Source of the DNA: Octopus vulgaris
Lineage: Eukaryota
Reading direction: 5' to 3'
NCBI GenBank assembly: GCA_951406725.2
Contig: OX597825.1
Coordinates: 81,902,001 to 81,966,000 of the forward strand
Length of the DNA: 64,000 nucleotides
The translations under genes and the position numbers were made by a program. The notes below the pieces were generated by a model. It did no database searches and was not told where the DNA came from. It was given only the letters and a program-made list of their open reading frames with translations. Positions within the stretch are counted from its first letter, which is position 1. Each line of letters begins with the position of its first letter. Positions 42,920-58,347 of the stretch are shown here, piece after piece.

Positions 42920-43850
42920 AATGATTTCTTTTATTTGCCTCCGGGGTGAAGGATGAAGAGGACGATGCACAGACAGGCATAAAGTGTGGGAGTTTACATA
43001 TGATGGAATGATAAAATCAAAACAAACAAAACAGTTTACACATTATACACGTGTAGAAAGGAAGTATACGTAGTTTACGACACTAGAAGGAGAAGAGGGG
43101 GAAAGTGATAGTGATGGGGTCCGTCTAATACAGGAGGACCTCCAGAGATAATCGAGGAACCCCGCCATCCAAAATCACCCTGAATACCAAGGACGAGTGC
43201 CCTCTTCAAATCCTTTCTTCCGACTCACAGGTCTACACTGAGAGTGGTACCACCCACTCTTGCCATTTTCGCAACTTTCCCCCACCTTTTACTAAATTCA
43301 CTCGAGGACAGCACCTCTCCCTCTACTTTCACTTTCATTTTCAACTGAAACTTGAAAAAGTCGATGAGGGCTTTACCAGAGGGGAATGTTTCTGTCCTCG
43401 TTCCTTTCAGCCTCATCCACCAGACAACCTCTTTCGCCACAACCAACAGACAAAGGGAGACTGTCTTGTCTGCCCGATTAGAGGAGGGCGGCAGGGCAAT
43501 CCCCATTATGGATTTGGCCGACAGACGGATCCGTTTTACACGTGACAGCAATACCCGGACACTGAACGAGTGCAAACAAAACGGTTTCGTCGCTCTGCGA
43601 CCATCTCAGACAAACCCATTTGACAGCACATCCGTGTCTGTAGAGTTTATCTCGAACCGGTAGCGCCCTCCGGTAGCATCGCCAGGCCAATGACTTGCCG
43701 GAATAGACTTGCCAGTTCGTCTTCGTCGACGCCTAGGGTCTCCCCGAGGACGTCGTCGCACTTCCCCGCTATCAATTCTTTGTATATAGCTAAAGTGGAA
43801 CATCCACCGATCCTATTACCCGACTTGAAGGGGACGATATTCTAAGTGCC
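42920..43850 (-). mobile_element. Internally deleted L1/Tx1-like retroelement remnant
   Basis: ORF 43225-43575(-) has ..VAKEVVWWMR..FFKFQLKMKVKVE..FSKRW, similar to Tx1/L1 ORF2 C-termini; ends at an (ATC)n tract. Confidence 0.5.
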
Positions 43851-43909
43851 AGACGCCCAGTCTCGGCTTATCCTTTATTCAAGACTACAACTCAAAATTA
43901 ACTTAAAAT

Positions 43910-44360
43910 TAACCTTGTAATTTGTTTAGATACATATCTTCTATGAATTATGCTAAATTAGGTCATTTTTACGCTAAATGTAAACTTAATATTCCCAATA
44001 ATAAACAAATACATGATGTAACAGTTGTACCTAAATCAGGATATCCTAATATAAACAATTAAAGGAAGCCTACTGCCCACAAACCACCTACTAATTCTAG
44101 TGATAATATTAGTAAGTTCTGTGATTTTAGGGTTAAAGAGCAATGTAAATTTAATAATTATTGCAAACGGAAGAATTTAATATACCAAGCTATAGTTGAA
44201 GTTGAAAGTAAACACTTTTTCTACACTGGTTCTACGGAATCATATATAAAACTTAGATTGGCCAACCATGAGTATTCTTTTAGAAATCCCAGTAAACGTT
44301 CTTCAACAAGTCTTTGTAAATTCATCTGGAGAGTAAAAGCCTTAAAATTAGATGGAAGAT
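43910..44360 (+). pseudogene. Penelope-like retroelement GIY-YIG endonuclease remnant
   Basis: Open frame from 44063 encodes CDFRVKEQCKFNNYCKRKNLIYQAIVEVESKHFFYTGSTESYIKLRLANHEYSFRNPSKRSSTSLCKFIWRVK: Cys linker, IY..Y(T)G, R..NH..SF, TSL..IW. Confidence 0.82.
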
Positions 44361-44679
44361 TATATGTTCTAGAAACTACCAATTTTGTACATCAGAGCGC
44401 TATAATATTCTTTTTTGTAGCAACGAATTATGAAACGAGAGAGTTGAAAAATCCTCGCCTTACCTACACACACCTAAATATCTATTTTATAAATATCATT
44501 AACCATTCTTTAATTATTATTACCACCAATTGTTAGGTTCCTTAATTGCCATTAATATTTTTACTAAATTGGAAGTTGAATTTAATCCTTATTAGAACCA
44601 GCCTTTATATCTATAATTTTATACAATATAAAATATATGATATCTTGCCTAAATATAATTATTTCCAACATATGCATAA

Positions 44680-45750
44680 TATCAGGTTGGTGCAAAAGTA
44701 ATGTCCGATTTAAAGATCTAAGGTAAAAACGAATAAGCCAATGACTATGGAAATATTTATTCCTTAAAAAACTCTCCATTGCTTTCACTGACCTCACTCC
44801 ATGTTTCAACAACCTTATAAATGCCTCGATTGTAAAATTCTGTAGGTTTAGAACCAAAATATGAATCCAACTCAATTTCAATCTCTTTTTTTTGTTAAGT
44901 CCATCAAAACGGTTCTGCAGTCCTCGGAACAAATGGTAATCAGAAGGAGCAAGGACAGGAGAATATGAAGAATGAAGCAGCATTTTCAAACCAAGTTCTA
45001 CCAAGAGAGTTTTGGTCAGTCGAGCTGTGTGAGGACGTGCACTATCGTGATGGAAGATGACACCCTTTCTGTTAACCAAGGATGCTCGCTTTTGGCGCAG
45101 AACTGTTTCCAAACGACGAAGTTGCTCACAGTAAAGATTAGCACTGTTTGGTTGTTGTCCAACAGTTCATAATGGATTACTCCTTTAATGTCCCACCATA
45201 GACTCTGCATGATCTTCTTTGTAGGAAGTCCTGCTCTCGGTTGTTGAAGTGGCCATCCTCCTCGACTGATCCAAGAACGGCGGCGTTTAACATTATGGTA
45301 AAGAATCCACTTCTCATCACCTTTAACAAGCCTGTCTAAAAATGTTGCTTGAAAGTGTCGCGGAAAATTTATTGACAACAAGCAGCACGCTGTTGTCGGT
45401 TCTGTGGAGACAGCTCGTGAGGGACCTATTTTTCAGCCACATAAACCTTTCCAATGTGTTTAGCTGGCGTATCACGGTTGTATGGGCCACGTTTAACTGG
45501 GCTTGTGCTTGAAGACTTTTCATTGACTTGGGTTGTCTTTTGCTCTTTATGGTGGTGTGTATTTGGAAGATTATATTCATTCCCTGGTCCCTTTTTAGTA
45601 GAGGAATGTTCTGGAGGATGGTGTCGAAGGCTTCATTGTTAAGGGTTGTGTGTGGAGGTATAGAGATGACCCGGAAGTTGTTCCTCTTCGATTACTATCG
45701 TAAGCAGCAGTAGCTTTCTTCAACTGAATACACACCGTTGATTGGTTAAA
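44680..45750 (-). pseudogene. Mariner (DD34D) transposon remnant with one TIR
   Basis: FLDRLVKGDEKW, IFHHDSARPH and YSPVLAPSDYHLF across frameshifts; TIR tcaggttggtgcaaaagtaat at ~44682 after TA. Confidence 0.92.
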
Positions 45751-47054
45751 ATTACCCAAATACAATTTTAACACGAAATAACTTCTAAAATACGAAATTT
45801 TGTCAAAAACGTTCAAAGTAAACTGTGTTCTGAGTGAGAAATTCCACCAGTATACGAAGTTTCAAACAGTTTTGTTAACAAAAAAATTAATTTAAAAAAA
45901 TCTGTGAGCCAAACTGAACAGATCCGAAACCGGTACTAAAATGCTCTTCATGATAAAATTATTCTAGCATTTTCTACCTTGTCTTATTTACCTTAAACAT
46001 ATCAACTCGTGTGTTACATTTTAGCCTTCTGGATTATATATTTATATATACTCATATTTATATACACAGCTGAAAACAGTGAAAGAGAACAGTATTTGTA
46101 CACACACTCACGCATACACACATACATACTTACAAATACACGCATAGAACAACCCAATCTCTCTCTCTCTCTCTCTCTCACGTAAACAATAGTGGTGGTA
46201 TTACCAAAAATTATTTACATTCTGCAAGAACAATATCGAGCAGTGACTTAAGAGCAAATGTGTTTTCTATCGAGTCTGGAGGACAGTATTTCTGTAAATT
46301 GTAATGTTATCCGGATTTAGCTGAGGCTGGGATGTGATTTATAACAAAAATGATTCCATGTGGCTCACCCTCCATAACACCTAACATAACATCAAAGGAA
46401 TGCCGCTGGCACAGGCCTGTTGCCCGGATACTGGTGGTGGCGGTGCGGGAGCGTGTGATGTTGTAAAGTGCATGGAAGAATTTATATAAGAAAAGAAAAA
46501 AAAATAAGAATTAAGGAAATGACAAAAAAAAAAAGAGTACAGACCCACCTCCTTCATAATATTTATTTTTTATTAATTTATTTTACTTTTTAAAAATTTT
46601 ATTTGTGTTTAATTTGAATTTATTTATGTGGGTATTTATTGTTGTCATTACATTTATTTATATTTTATAAGTGTTATCTGTTATTTAATATAAGTGTGTT
46701 TTTAGAAAATACATTTTTCAATTGAAACATTAGACTTACATTCTGTGTATGTATATATATATATATGTTCGTAAGCATGTATGTGTGTATGTGTTTGTGT
46801 TTGTGTGTGTGTGTCTGTATGCCTGTGCACGTGGAAATACACACACACTCAAACATATTAATATTTAGCAGAAGCAACAGAGTGACTCAAGATCTGAGAG
46901 CTTCGTGCGTTGGCACTTATCAAACATACCTATATATATATATATATATATATAAATCTTTATATATATATATAAATATTTATATATACATATATTCATA
47001 CAGATGTGCATATATGTATGTTTATATACATAGATACACACATATGTATGTGTG

Positions 47055-47105
<51 letters not shown>

Positions 47106-47116
47106 CATAGACATAT

Positions 47117-47158
<42 letters not shown>

Positions 47159-47342
47159 TCACACACAAACACGCACATATACGTACTCATGTTCACAAAT
47201 ACATACAATATATAATTGAATATACATACGATATCGTTCTTGGAATGCTAATAGTGTTACTCACATGCACGTGTTTATGCATTCATAAAGAGATACGTAT
47301 GCATGGACACATACATATATATACATACATGCATACATACAT

Positions 47343-47477
<135 letters not shown>

Positions 47478-47642
47478 TGCATCTGTGTATATTTATACTT
47501 GTGTGTCATTCTTGGAATATATTTAAGTTCCGTTTTATCAGGATGGAAAGTATGTCCCAAAGAATGTGACAAAGATTTCTTGTTTGAATCTTGATATATC
47601 GAGGTATTCGTCTACATGCATTAGCGTCAGAATATACATACA

Positions 47643-47722
<80 letters not shown>

Positions 47723-48017
47723 TGTATGTATATATACATATTTGTGTATATACATAGAGGCATATTTGTGATATTGTATAATGACTATATCGTACATGCC
47801 CATATATGTGACTTGTGACTTGTATAGTGTTGTGATAACACGTGTGTGTAGGTGTGTGTATATATGAGAGTATATAAACATATGTGTGTCTGAGTATTAA
47901 TGATTGTATTTGGTTGTGTGAGCACACGTAAGCATATTTACGCCACATATGTACACTTACATATTATATATATATATATTCAAATATATAAGAATGGCGT
48001 GAATATACATAAGTGTG

Positions 48018-48054
<37 letters not shown>

Positions 48055-48142
48055 ATTTATGTATGTATATGTATGTATATATATATGTATATATGTTTGT
48101 GTATATATATATATATATATATATTTGTGTGTGTGTACATAC

Positions 48143-48204
<62 letters not shown>

Positions 48205-49193
48205 TGTGTCTACACATTGATGTACGTTATCTTTGTATTTCAATTATTCAAAATTCTTTCCATAAAGAAGGAACTGTTCTCTGATTTCTAGCAAAGAAAT
48301 AAATCTGCATTTCTGGAATTTAAACATCAACAACGGTGAAAAGTTACATGGCGTACTTCAGAGAGATTTTGCATATGTTATACAGTTCTTCTTTCAAGGC
48401 ATTTAAAAAACGTAGGCAACACGAATATACATACGTACATACATACATACATACAAGCATACATACATACATACATACATACAGACAGACAGACATATAT
48501 CGAACAGAGATCAATAATGCCTGTGCAGAGATTTAGGTCCAATAAGGCTTGCACGACACCTCAAAGACCCACTCCACTCCATTGACATTATCCAGAGACG
48601 AGCCAGAGCGAGATGTCTGGTGCCAATATGAGTCGCAGGCTCAGGAATGTGGGAGCGCCATGGTCTCTAGCACAAACCAAATATCCTCAAAATGTCCAAT
48701 GCCATTCCCTGCACATCTGGTTTTATATCAGAGTGACCATCTCCTTGAGACATGCTTCAATAGAAGCTGAGTGGTGCCTCCCTCCTAGTGGTCTTCCGGC
48801 ACGCCGGACACCGTCCCGGGATTTCTGCGTACCCGTGCTATTGCTAGATAACCGTTGAGCCTGCACTAGGTTCATCGCACATACATACATACATACATAC
48901 ATACATACATACATACATACATACATACATACATACATACATACATACATACATACATACATACATACATACATACATACATACATACATAATACATACA
49001 TATATACATATGTACATACATATACTACATACATACATACATACACACACACATACATACATACATACATACATACATACATACATACATACATACATAC
49101 ATACATACATACATACATACATACATACATACATAATACATACATATATACATATGTACATACATATACTACATACATACATACATACATACA

Positions 49194-49227
<34 letters not shown>

Positions 49228-49502
49228 CATACAACACGTACACATGTATTCGGTCAGGCATTGCAATATTAACGATCTGATGTAGAACTCCGTACACGTA
49301 TGTTTCAGAACGAAGCATTGAGTTTTCGATGAAGCTATTAGGTGCTAGTCTGGCACTCAACTCTGAGTCTACTGCACCTTATAGCAGAAACAGCTGCAAG
49401 CCAACGAAGTTAATTACAGAACTGTTTATTATTTTGTCATCTCGTTCTCTTATACATATAATCTATAATATATATACATATATATAATTAATGTTGTTAC
49501 TA

Positions 49503-49778
49503 AAAAGGTAAAGGCTTTCCTTCTCGAGTCATGTTGACTGATAAGGGCCGCATTCCCGGTTTCCATGGCGTATGAATTCCCTACCTGGACGAGACGTCGG
49601 CCCATTAGCAGGATTAACTCATTTTTGCCAGCTGAGTGGACTGGACCCATGTGAAATGAAGTGCTTTGCTCAAGAAAGAACAAAAAAAAAAAAAAGAACG
49701 CATCGCCTGATCGAGGAATCGAAACCACAATCTCCCGCTCAGGAGTCCAGCACTCTAACCACAAAGCCAAGCGCCTTC
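49503..49778 (-). mobile_element. tRNA-derived SINE with ACCTTT-type tail
   Basis: Minus strand aaggcgcttggctttgtggttagagtgctggac..ggtttcgattcc head; tail ..gcctttaccttt. Confidence 0.75.
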
Positions 49779-50074
49779 ACTAATGTTGCTACAGACACTG
49801 TCACGGTAAAATAATTAAGGTATGTGAACGTGTTTGAAAGAGGACAACGCAGATGTGAATTTTCAGCAATTTCTGCTGAGATATTCGTTTTGTCACCTAA
49901 ATTTACTTCGACATCCAGCTTCGCGTGTGGTCCCAGAATAGACATCAAACGTTGTATTCAATATGTGAATACCACGAGTAAACACACAGGAAACGACACA
50001 TGGCTTTGTACAATAAATTACGGCAACAGAAAGTCGATTATTGTAAAAGAACAGATACTTTATACATACATACA

Positions 50075-50106
<32 letters not shown>

Positions 50107-50403
50107 CATACATACATACTTACATACATACATACGTACATACATGCATACATACATACATACATACATACATACATACATACATACATACTTACATACA
50201 TACATACATACGTACATACATACACACACATATAGTTAAGCAGAAAATCAAGAAAATTCTTCATCAACAAATTGACTACCATCGATTATTGTTTTTTTAA
50301 AAATACAAAACATTAACATTTCTAACAGCCGTTTCTGCTTCCAATGTCTGTCGGTGCTCGGATAACCATATCCTTTTGACGGTTATTCCAACGGCTAACT
50401 CTA

Positions 50404-50491
<88 letters not shown>

Positions 50492-50753
50492 TTATCTATC
50501 TATCTATCTGTCTATCTATACACACATATGCTTACATTTATAAATACTTACATACATACATACATGTATAGAAACTTACATAGATAGATGCATGCATACA
50601 TACATAGATGCATAGATGCATGCACACATACATATATACATACATACATACATATATGCATGCATGCATACATACATGGATATATACATACATACATATA
50701 TACATACACACATATATACAAACATACATAGATAGATGCATGCATACATACAT

Positions 50754-50806
<53 letters not shown>

Positions 50807-52259
50807 CATAGATGCATGCATACATACATACATACATACATACATACATACATACATACATACATACATACACACATACATACATACATAGATGCATGCA
50901 TGCATACGTACATACACACATTTATGTGCGTATATGTATATACATACATATTCACACACACCTATCTCACTGCTAAAACTTTAACAATCTTTCTTCCCCA
51001 GATATCAATTTCTGCTCCGCATACATAGCTACCTCAAATCCTTGTTTAAATATTTCTCCAACGTTCTTCGGAGCCCCCGACAATTCTCATCGCATTCAAC
51101 GTCGAAGCACCAAACGATTATCATCACCAGTAATTCACCCGTTTCATAAAAGAAAGCAAAAGCACTTTTAATTCGTTTAATGAAAAGCACAATGGACGAG
51201 CTCAATCTAAAAACAGTGTTTAGGTCTTCAGACTTTGACAACAATACATTTATTCACGTAGGCACAGAGTCCATAGATTCAACGAAATAATTATAGACAA
51301 AAAAAGAAAAAAAAAACTCTCACAAAGCAAAAAGAAAAAAAGTAGGACGCCAACAAAATATACACCCTCAACAATGCATCAAAATAGCGAACGTCATAAG
51401 AACCAGGGACAGTCTCCAAGACAATACACCGAAACCACGCAAAACCGAAATAAAACTCGGTATCAAACAACTAAACAAGAAAATAATAAATAAAAGAAAA
51501 AATATCTGAATGGACCAGAGAAAAAGCAGAAAATTAACAAATATTTGTATTCAATATGACCGAAAAACTAAGAGTAAAAAATATATGGAATAATTAGTTT
51601 TACCATACAATACATCGCGTTACAATAACTACCGGAAAAAACCAACCCACACTGCAATACCGGACAGGTTGGTTTCCATAAATATCTATTTTGAGACGTT
51701 TATGGGAAAGCAGTCACCAGAAATCACACAAAGAAGACAGAGGGGCTTAAAACGAAAAATTTTGCAACGTTTATTTAGACCACAATTTCGACGGCTACCA
51801 TCTTTTATTTCGTCTTCCCCTGATATTTATGGTATTTTTAAAAACACAGCACGTCCGTAAGAGATGTGATCTCTGGACAAGCAGCGTAGTAATTAAGTAG
51901 CTAGCCTACAGACGGTGTGTATACATTAAGTATGATGCATAGATAGCTATTTTAATTAAATACTGGCTGAATATACCTAATATGCATACAGACACGTGCG
52001 CGCACGCACACACACATACACAGGCACATGTATGTGTATGTATATATATATATATATATATGTACATACATTTATTTATATATACACACATATACATATA
52101 TATACATATATATATATATACATATTCATACGTTCATAGATATATATATACATACATACATACATATAAATAAATATACATATACATATATATATACACA
52201 AACATACATTCATACATACACACACATATGTATATACATACATACATATACATATATAC

Positions 52260-52364
<105 letters not shown>

Positions 52365-52499
52365 TCAATATAGGGTGGCAAAAAATTTCGTAGAATTTTT
52401 TTTGCCACCAGCGCCTAGTGGGAAAAAATTAAATAGTCATAGACCATATATATAAATTCAACATCAAAATCAAGGAACATTGATATATATATATATATA

Positions 52500-52834
52500 T
52501 AAAAGACCTCTTCGGTCATGAATGACCATGGGATTGCACCTAGAAAGTTACCCTCCTAGACACAAGTCCGGGCAAGGTTGTTTATGGAAGGCCAGCAGTC
52601 GCCCATGCATACCAGCCTCCCCTATCCACGCCACCAGTGTTATCCAAGGGAAAGACAAAGGTCGATACAGCTTGGCACCAGTGACGTCGCAACTCATTTC
52701 TACAGCTGAGTGAACTGGAGCAACGTGAAATAAAGTGTCTTGCTCGAGAAAACAACACGCAGCCCGGTCCGGGATTCGAGCTCACAACCTCACGATCGTA
52801 AGCTCGACGCTCTAACCACTGAGCCATGCGCCTT
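52500..52834 (-). mobile_element. tRNA-derived SINE family C
   Basis: aaggcgcatggctcagtggttagagcgtcgagc..gagctcgaatcccgg head and gagcaagacactttatttcac core. Confidence 0.82.
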
Positions 52835-53286
52835 ATATATATAAGTCCAAGTGTTAGGGCTAAACAGTGTTTAAGAATGAGCAGAATTTAGGTTAGTTGA
52901 AATATGTTTGTTACATATTTCACTTGCTACAAGGCCTAAACACTGCCTGAACACTGCTTAGCGCCAACACTTCGTTATTCATCTCGATCGGGCGATCTAC
53001 CAGAGCAAATCAGTCAACACGTTGACCGAATCACACATAAAGCCATGGCATTATAAGTCTGTTCAGACTTGTTTCTCTTAAGTACATCTCATCGACAAGA
53101 GCCAAGAAGCTTCAAACATCGATGTCTGGGATTCCTAATAGATGGCGACACTGAACGAACTGGGTGTTTTCACACCTTTTTATCATAAGAGAGATATATT
53201 CTCCACGGTAACTGCAGAGTATTTGCCGTTTAGGAGTTGAAACATGTCAGAAATATATTTCAACTAACCCGATTCTACTCATACAC

Positions 53287-53340
<54 letters not shown>

Positions 53341-53441
53341 GTATATATATTAGTATGTATATCTTTTAGTATGTGACCTCGTCTGTATCACTAGCGATTT
53401 TTTCCCCTGTCTTCCCTTCTCGGGATCTTTCCTTCTCCTAT

Positions 53442-53476
53442 GTTTCCGACGAAGAGCTCCGCTCGAAACGTCAAAC
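53442..53476 (+). ncRNA. Variant minimal hammerhead (U4C) in a (TA)n-flanked element (53350-53582)
   Basis: gttt-CCGACGA-a-gagc(tcc)gctc-GAAACGTC-aaac. Confidence 0.6.
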
Positions 53477-53579
53477 CCTCCTTCTTCCCTTCTTTCCTGA
53501 CCGTCCAATAATACTTTATTTGTTCCACGTCCTTGCGTTGTTGTTTTTTCTGTTTTTGTTTTCTTGTTTGGATTAACTT

Positions 53580-53725
<146 letters not shown>

Positions 53726-54149
53726 CGTAGAGATTTTGTGAAAGAGATTTGACTGCTATTTCTCGCATCTTGGGTGACCATGTTGGACTCAGAGAAGCAG
53801 GAACATCCACATTAACCATATCATTCTCACAACAGTTGGCGTTAAACCACATCCTTTGACTCATTAAGTACAATTAATTACTTGACAATGTAACTAATAT
53901 CGTTGCGGAATTATTGTGACTGATTGGTAACGCGAAAGCTGCGCAGAGAATTAGAACATTCTCGCAATGTGTGGGCCATCGGCGTTATTTAGATTTCAGT
54001 TAGAATCACACCAGATCCTTAACTAGGAATCACAACAGAGTAACATGACATATATACATTTATGATGGCGTAACCTACAGATGTCCTTAATACTATATAA
54101 AAAACTTACACATACCCTTAATCCATCACACACGCATTTGTGGGTGTAC

Positions 54150-54212
<63 letters not shown>

Positions 54213-54229
54213 CAATACAGATAAATCAA

Positions 54230-54628
54230 TACAGATAAAGGGTGAAATATAATTAATTTAATAAAATCAACAAATTTCACCAAGTAGTGTTTCGGTATGG
54301 AAAAGGACCATATTCGGTAAAATTATATATAATTATAACAATGAGGGTCTTTGCAACAGGTTGCTAGACCACATACCGTAAGTATTAGAAATAGCAGCCA
54401 AAAGACTGTTATTTCTTTTACTACAAAAATATGTCCCGCAGACAACAGTATTTGTAACTCATTTTATGGCAAAAAAAAAAAAAAACGAAGAAAAATAACG
54501 AAATCAAACAGTCCGCGGTCAATTATGGACGCATACGTTTCTGGATTAGAATCAGAGATTCATTTCCTTCATCAACATAATATTCCTAGCATTTCTAGAT
54601 TTATTTGTTGCAAAGACCCTCATTGTTA

Positions 54629-54659
<31 letters not shown>

Positions 54660-54682
54660 GATTATAACAATGAGGGTCTTTA
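54230..54682. mobile_element. Penelope-like non-autonomous element in (TA)n
   Basis: Shares aatagcagccaaag and aaaggaccat..tcggtaaa with 7720-8490; inverted repeat 54330-54358 / 54606-54635 encloses a hammerhead; a third short copy at 54661-54681. Confidence 0.7.
54523..54580 (-). ncRNA. Type I hammerhead motif (C3U)
   Basis: Minus strand ttatg-TTGATGA-a-gga..gaatc(tct)gattc..tcc-a-GAAA-cgtatgcg-TC-cataa. Confidence 0.72.
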
Positions 54683-54844
54683 TATATATATATATATATA
54701 TATATGTACATACATACACACACACACATATATATATATACATATGTATACATATATATATATAAGAATATTATTTTATATTGCGTATAGCCACCTTCGT
54801 TAGTTTATATACATACATACGTATATATATATATATGTGTGTGT

Positions 54845-55052
54845 GTGTATTTTAATGGGGAAGGCCGGCCTATGGGATCATCCTGGGTTTCCAGTCCACA
54901 AAGAGCCTACCCCCATGGCCCATTGTCAGACCCTAAAACCCGCAGTTGGGCCAACGAGCTTTGGGGTCTGACGGTGTGCCATGGGGCTAGGCTCTTTGTG
55001 GAAGGAAGCCCGGGGTGATCCCATAGGCCGGCCTTCCCCATTAAAATATACA
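54845..55052. mobile_element. ~205-bp foldback element (whole-length imperfect palindrome)
   Basis: ~33-bp perfect outer arms tattttaatggggaaggccggcctatgggatca; pairing continues to the centre. Confidence 0.85.
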
Positions 55053-55785
55053 CGGCTGTATATCTTGGAGTGTGCTTCTTCTCCGGATTTGTTTTCTACA
55101 GCCGATATATATATATATATATATATGTATACACATACATATATATACACATACATATATATCTATATATGCATATATGTATACACACGTACACACAGAC
55201 ACATGCATACACTCTTTTATAACCCAGTTGGCCTTGTAAGATGACACTAAAGAAAATGGTTACGGCAGTTAGTCTGGTTAATATAGCGAAAGTGCTTGCA
55301 AGCGAATTTCTGGCTGTCAAATTGTCGCTTATAATTGCCAACGAAAACTAAATGTATTTGCATAGAATATGTAAAAACAAAGACAAAAATAATTGCAGTT
55401 TTGTCTTTAATGTATCAAGTCTTAAAGAAAACGTCTGCTATAAAACTTATGCTCACATGCATATGTGCCTTGCGTGTATGTATGTATGTATGTATTTATA
55501 TATGTATGTGTGTATGTATGTATGTATGTATGTATGTATTTATGTATGTATGTATGTAATGCAATGTATGTATGTATGTATGTATGTATGTATGTATGTA
55601 TGTATGTATGTATGTATGTATGTTGGTTTCTGTTTTTAATTATTTGATGTCTTCCAGTAAGCAAGGAGCTGGTTTCTAACAAAGTTACAAAGCTCCATCG
55701 ATGGAATGCAGATAACGAAAACATATTCACATTTTGAACTCGAGGAAAGGTTTGCATATTTTAATTGTTCAGCTCGCAAATTGCA

Positions 55786-56435
55786 CAGGGTGTTGAAAAA
55801 GTCTCTCCGCAGTAATTACTTTATTGCAAAATAAATATTTCAAATATAGTATAAGACTACAAAATAATATATTAGACTTTACAAGACTTTAAGAAAACTT
55901 TTTAAGAGGTGTTGAAAGTGTCGTCTTCCATTTTTAATACATAAGTTGACTCTTCTACACATGTTTTGAAATACATCTTGGAGAGTCTGATGCGTCTTTC
56001 TAGGAATTTGCAAAACGTGCATTTCTCGATGACTTTATTGAATAATGAACAACTATGTGTAATATTTTATGCACAAACAGCCTGTGTAGAAAATGTGCAT
56101 TAGACTACAGTTTCTGAAAAATTAGTGAATAAATCTAGAGTCTAGTTTGTGTTATGGAAATGATTTATATAAAATGATTTAAGTAACGATTATTACAATC
56201 TGTTTTCATTGGCAGAACTGTAAGTAACCAACTGACTAATACGCATGTCTGAATAATCTTTATTTCTTTTTCTTTAGTGCGAAGAAAAATATGATGGAGT
56301 TACTGCAGTCAAATTAGCAGTCAGACATTTTCTAACACACGCTGCTTGTGCATAAACTATTACGCATAGTTGTCATTATTCAATAACGTCGTCGATAAAT
56401 GCTCGCTTTGCAAATTCATATAGACTTTTTCAGCT
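55786..56435. mobile_element. Tc1/mariner-type non-autonomous remnant
   Basis: cagggtgttgaaaaagtc end; ~100-bp internal inverted repeat 55998-56097 / 56326-56430. Confidence 0.55.
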
Positions 56436-56742
56436 AGTTTCTAGTTTGTGTTTGATTTATATAGCGATTACTATAACTCGTTCTTGTGAGCGACTGAATG
56501 ACGAGTAATTGACCTTTGAGAGTGACCAAGTCAGGATAATTTCGTCTATGTTTCTGTGTGAGAAGCGAATAATATATTGGCACTATTTTTTGCCCCTCTT
56601 TATCTAATTTATCATCTCAGATTTTTTTAATATATGCTGTTCGTGCATAAAATATGTAAGATATAATGTGTGTGTATATATGAATATCAATGTGGATATA
56701 TAAGTGTATACACACTATCTCTCTCTTTCTCTCTCCCCCTCC

Positions 56743-56852
<110 letters not shown>

Positions 56853-57159
56853 TTGAGCATTATACATATTTCAATCAGATAATCTCTATAGCCACAGTTT
56901 GTGTAAAGCAACAACTGTCTGGTTTTAGCTCTGGTATAAAAATAAATAAATAAAATAATCATAGTGTTCGTATGTATGTATGTGTGTGTGTGTTTGCATG
57001 TGTGTGCGTGTGTGTGTATGATAGAGAGATTAAGGGATAGAGATGAGGATAGAAGGAGAGGAAGAAAGGAAGAGATAGCTCAAGTAATTGTTTTAGCTGT
57101 CACGTGAACGTTACCATTACAGATCGATAACAAAGATAACGGCATTGACAGCCACCACC

Positions 57160-57216
<57 letters not shown>

Positions 57217-57298
57217 GCTACTACTATTGATAATAGTATTAGTAGTAATTATAATAGTAGTGGTACTACTACTACTACTACTACTACTACTGCTGCTG

Positions 57299-57335
<37 letters not shown>

Positions 57336-57349
57336 TGCTACTGCTGCTG

Positions 57350-57424
<75 letters not shown>

Positions 57425-58044
57425 ACAATAATGATTTCATTTATTTGCCGCTAGGGCAAAAGATGAGGGGGACAATACAAAGACAAGAATAAAGTAGTTG
57501 GGGGGGGGGATTTAACATATAATAATGAAATGATAAAAATAATTAAACAAAAGTAACAAAAAACAAAAGAGGTGCAGGAGGATGCGGAAGAGGACAAAGA
57601 GGAGGAGGATGAAGAGGATGTAATACGAGATGCCATCGCCTGTAATGCAGTTGTGTGGACACAGCTGTGCATTTCTTTGGCAATGTTCTCACTTTCAGGC
57701 TTTTTTTTTTTCCGTGAGATTTAATGTTTTAAGGTTTGGCGGTTTTAGGGTTTAGCGTTTTCGTGGGGGTTTTGGGTTTCTGCGTGGCCTTTTGACTTCT
57801 TTCGCTTTCTAATTTGTTTTGTTTCGTTTCGTTTGTTTGTTTGTCTGAAAGTCTGTCTGTCTGTCTGTCGGTCGGTTTGTCTGTTTGTCTGTCTGTCTGT
57901 CTGGTCGAGTGGCAAGGTGGCTGACAGTCTGTCTGGCGCCAGTAATTGTTACGTCACATCGCATCAACCACACTGGCAATTGTTGTCAGTGACAGCTGTT
58001 TCTCTTGACATTAGTGCCGGCCTTTCATTGGCGATTTCTGTTGT

Positions 58045-58061
58045 TGATGATGGTGATGACA

Positions 58062-58114
<53 letters not shown>

Positions 58115-58115
58115 A

Positions 58116-58194
<79 letters not shown>

Positions 58195-58214
58195 GGAGGA
58201 GGAGGAGGAGGATA

Positions 58215-58312
<98 letters not shown>

Positions 58313-58313
58313 A

Positions 58314-58347
<34 letters not shown>

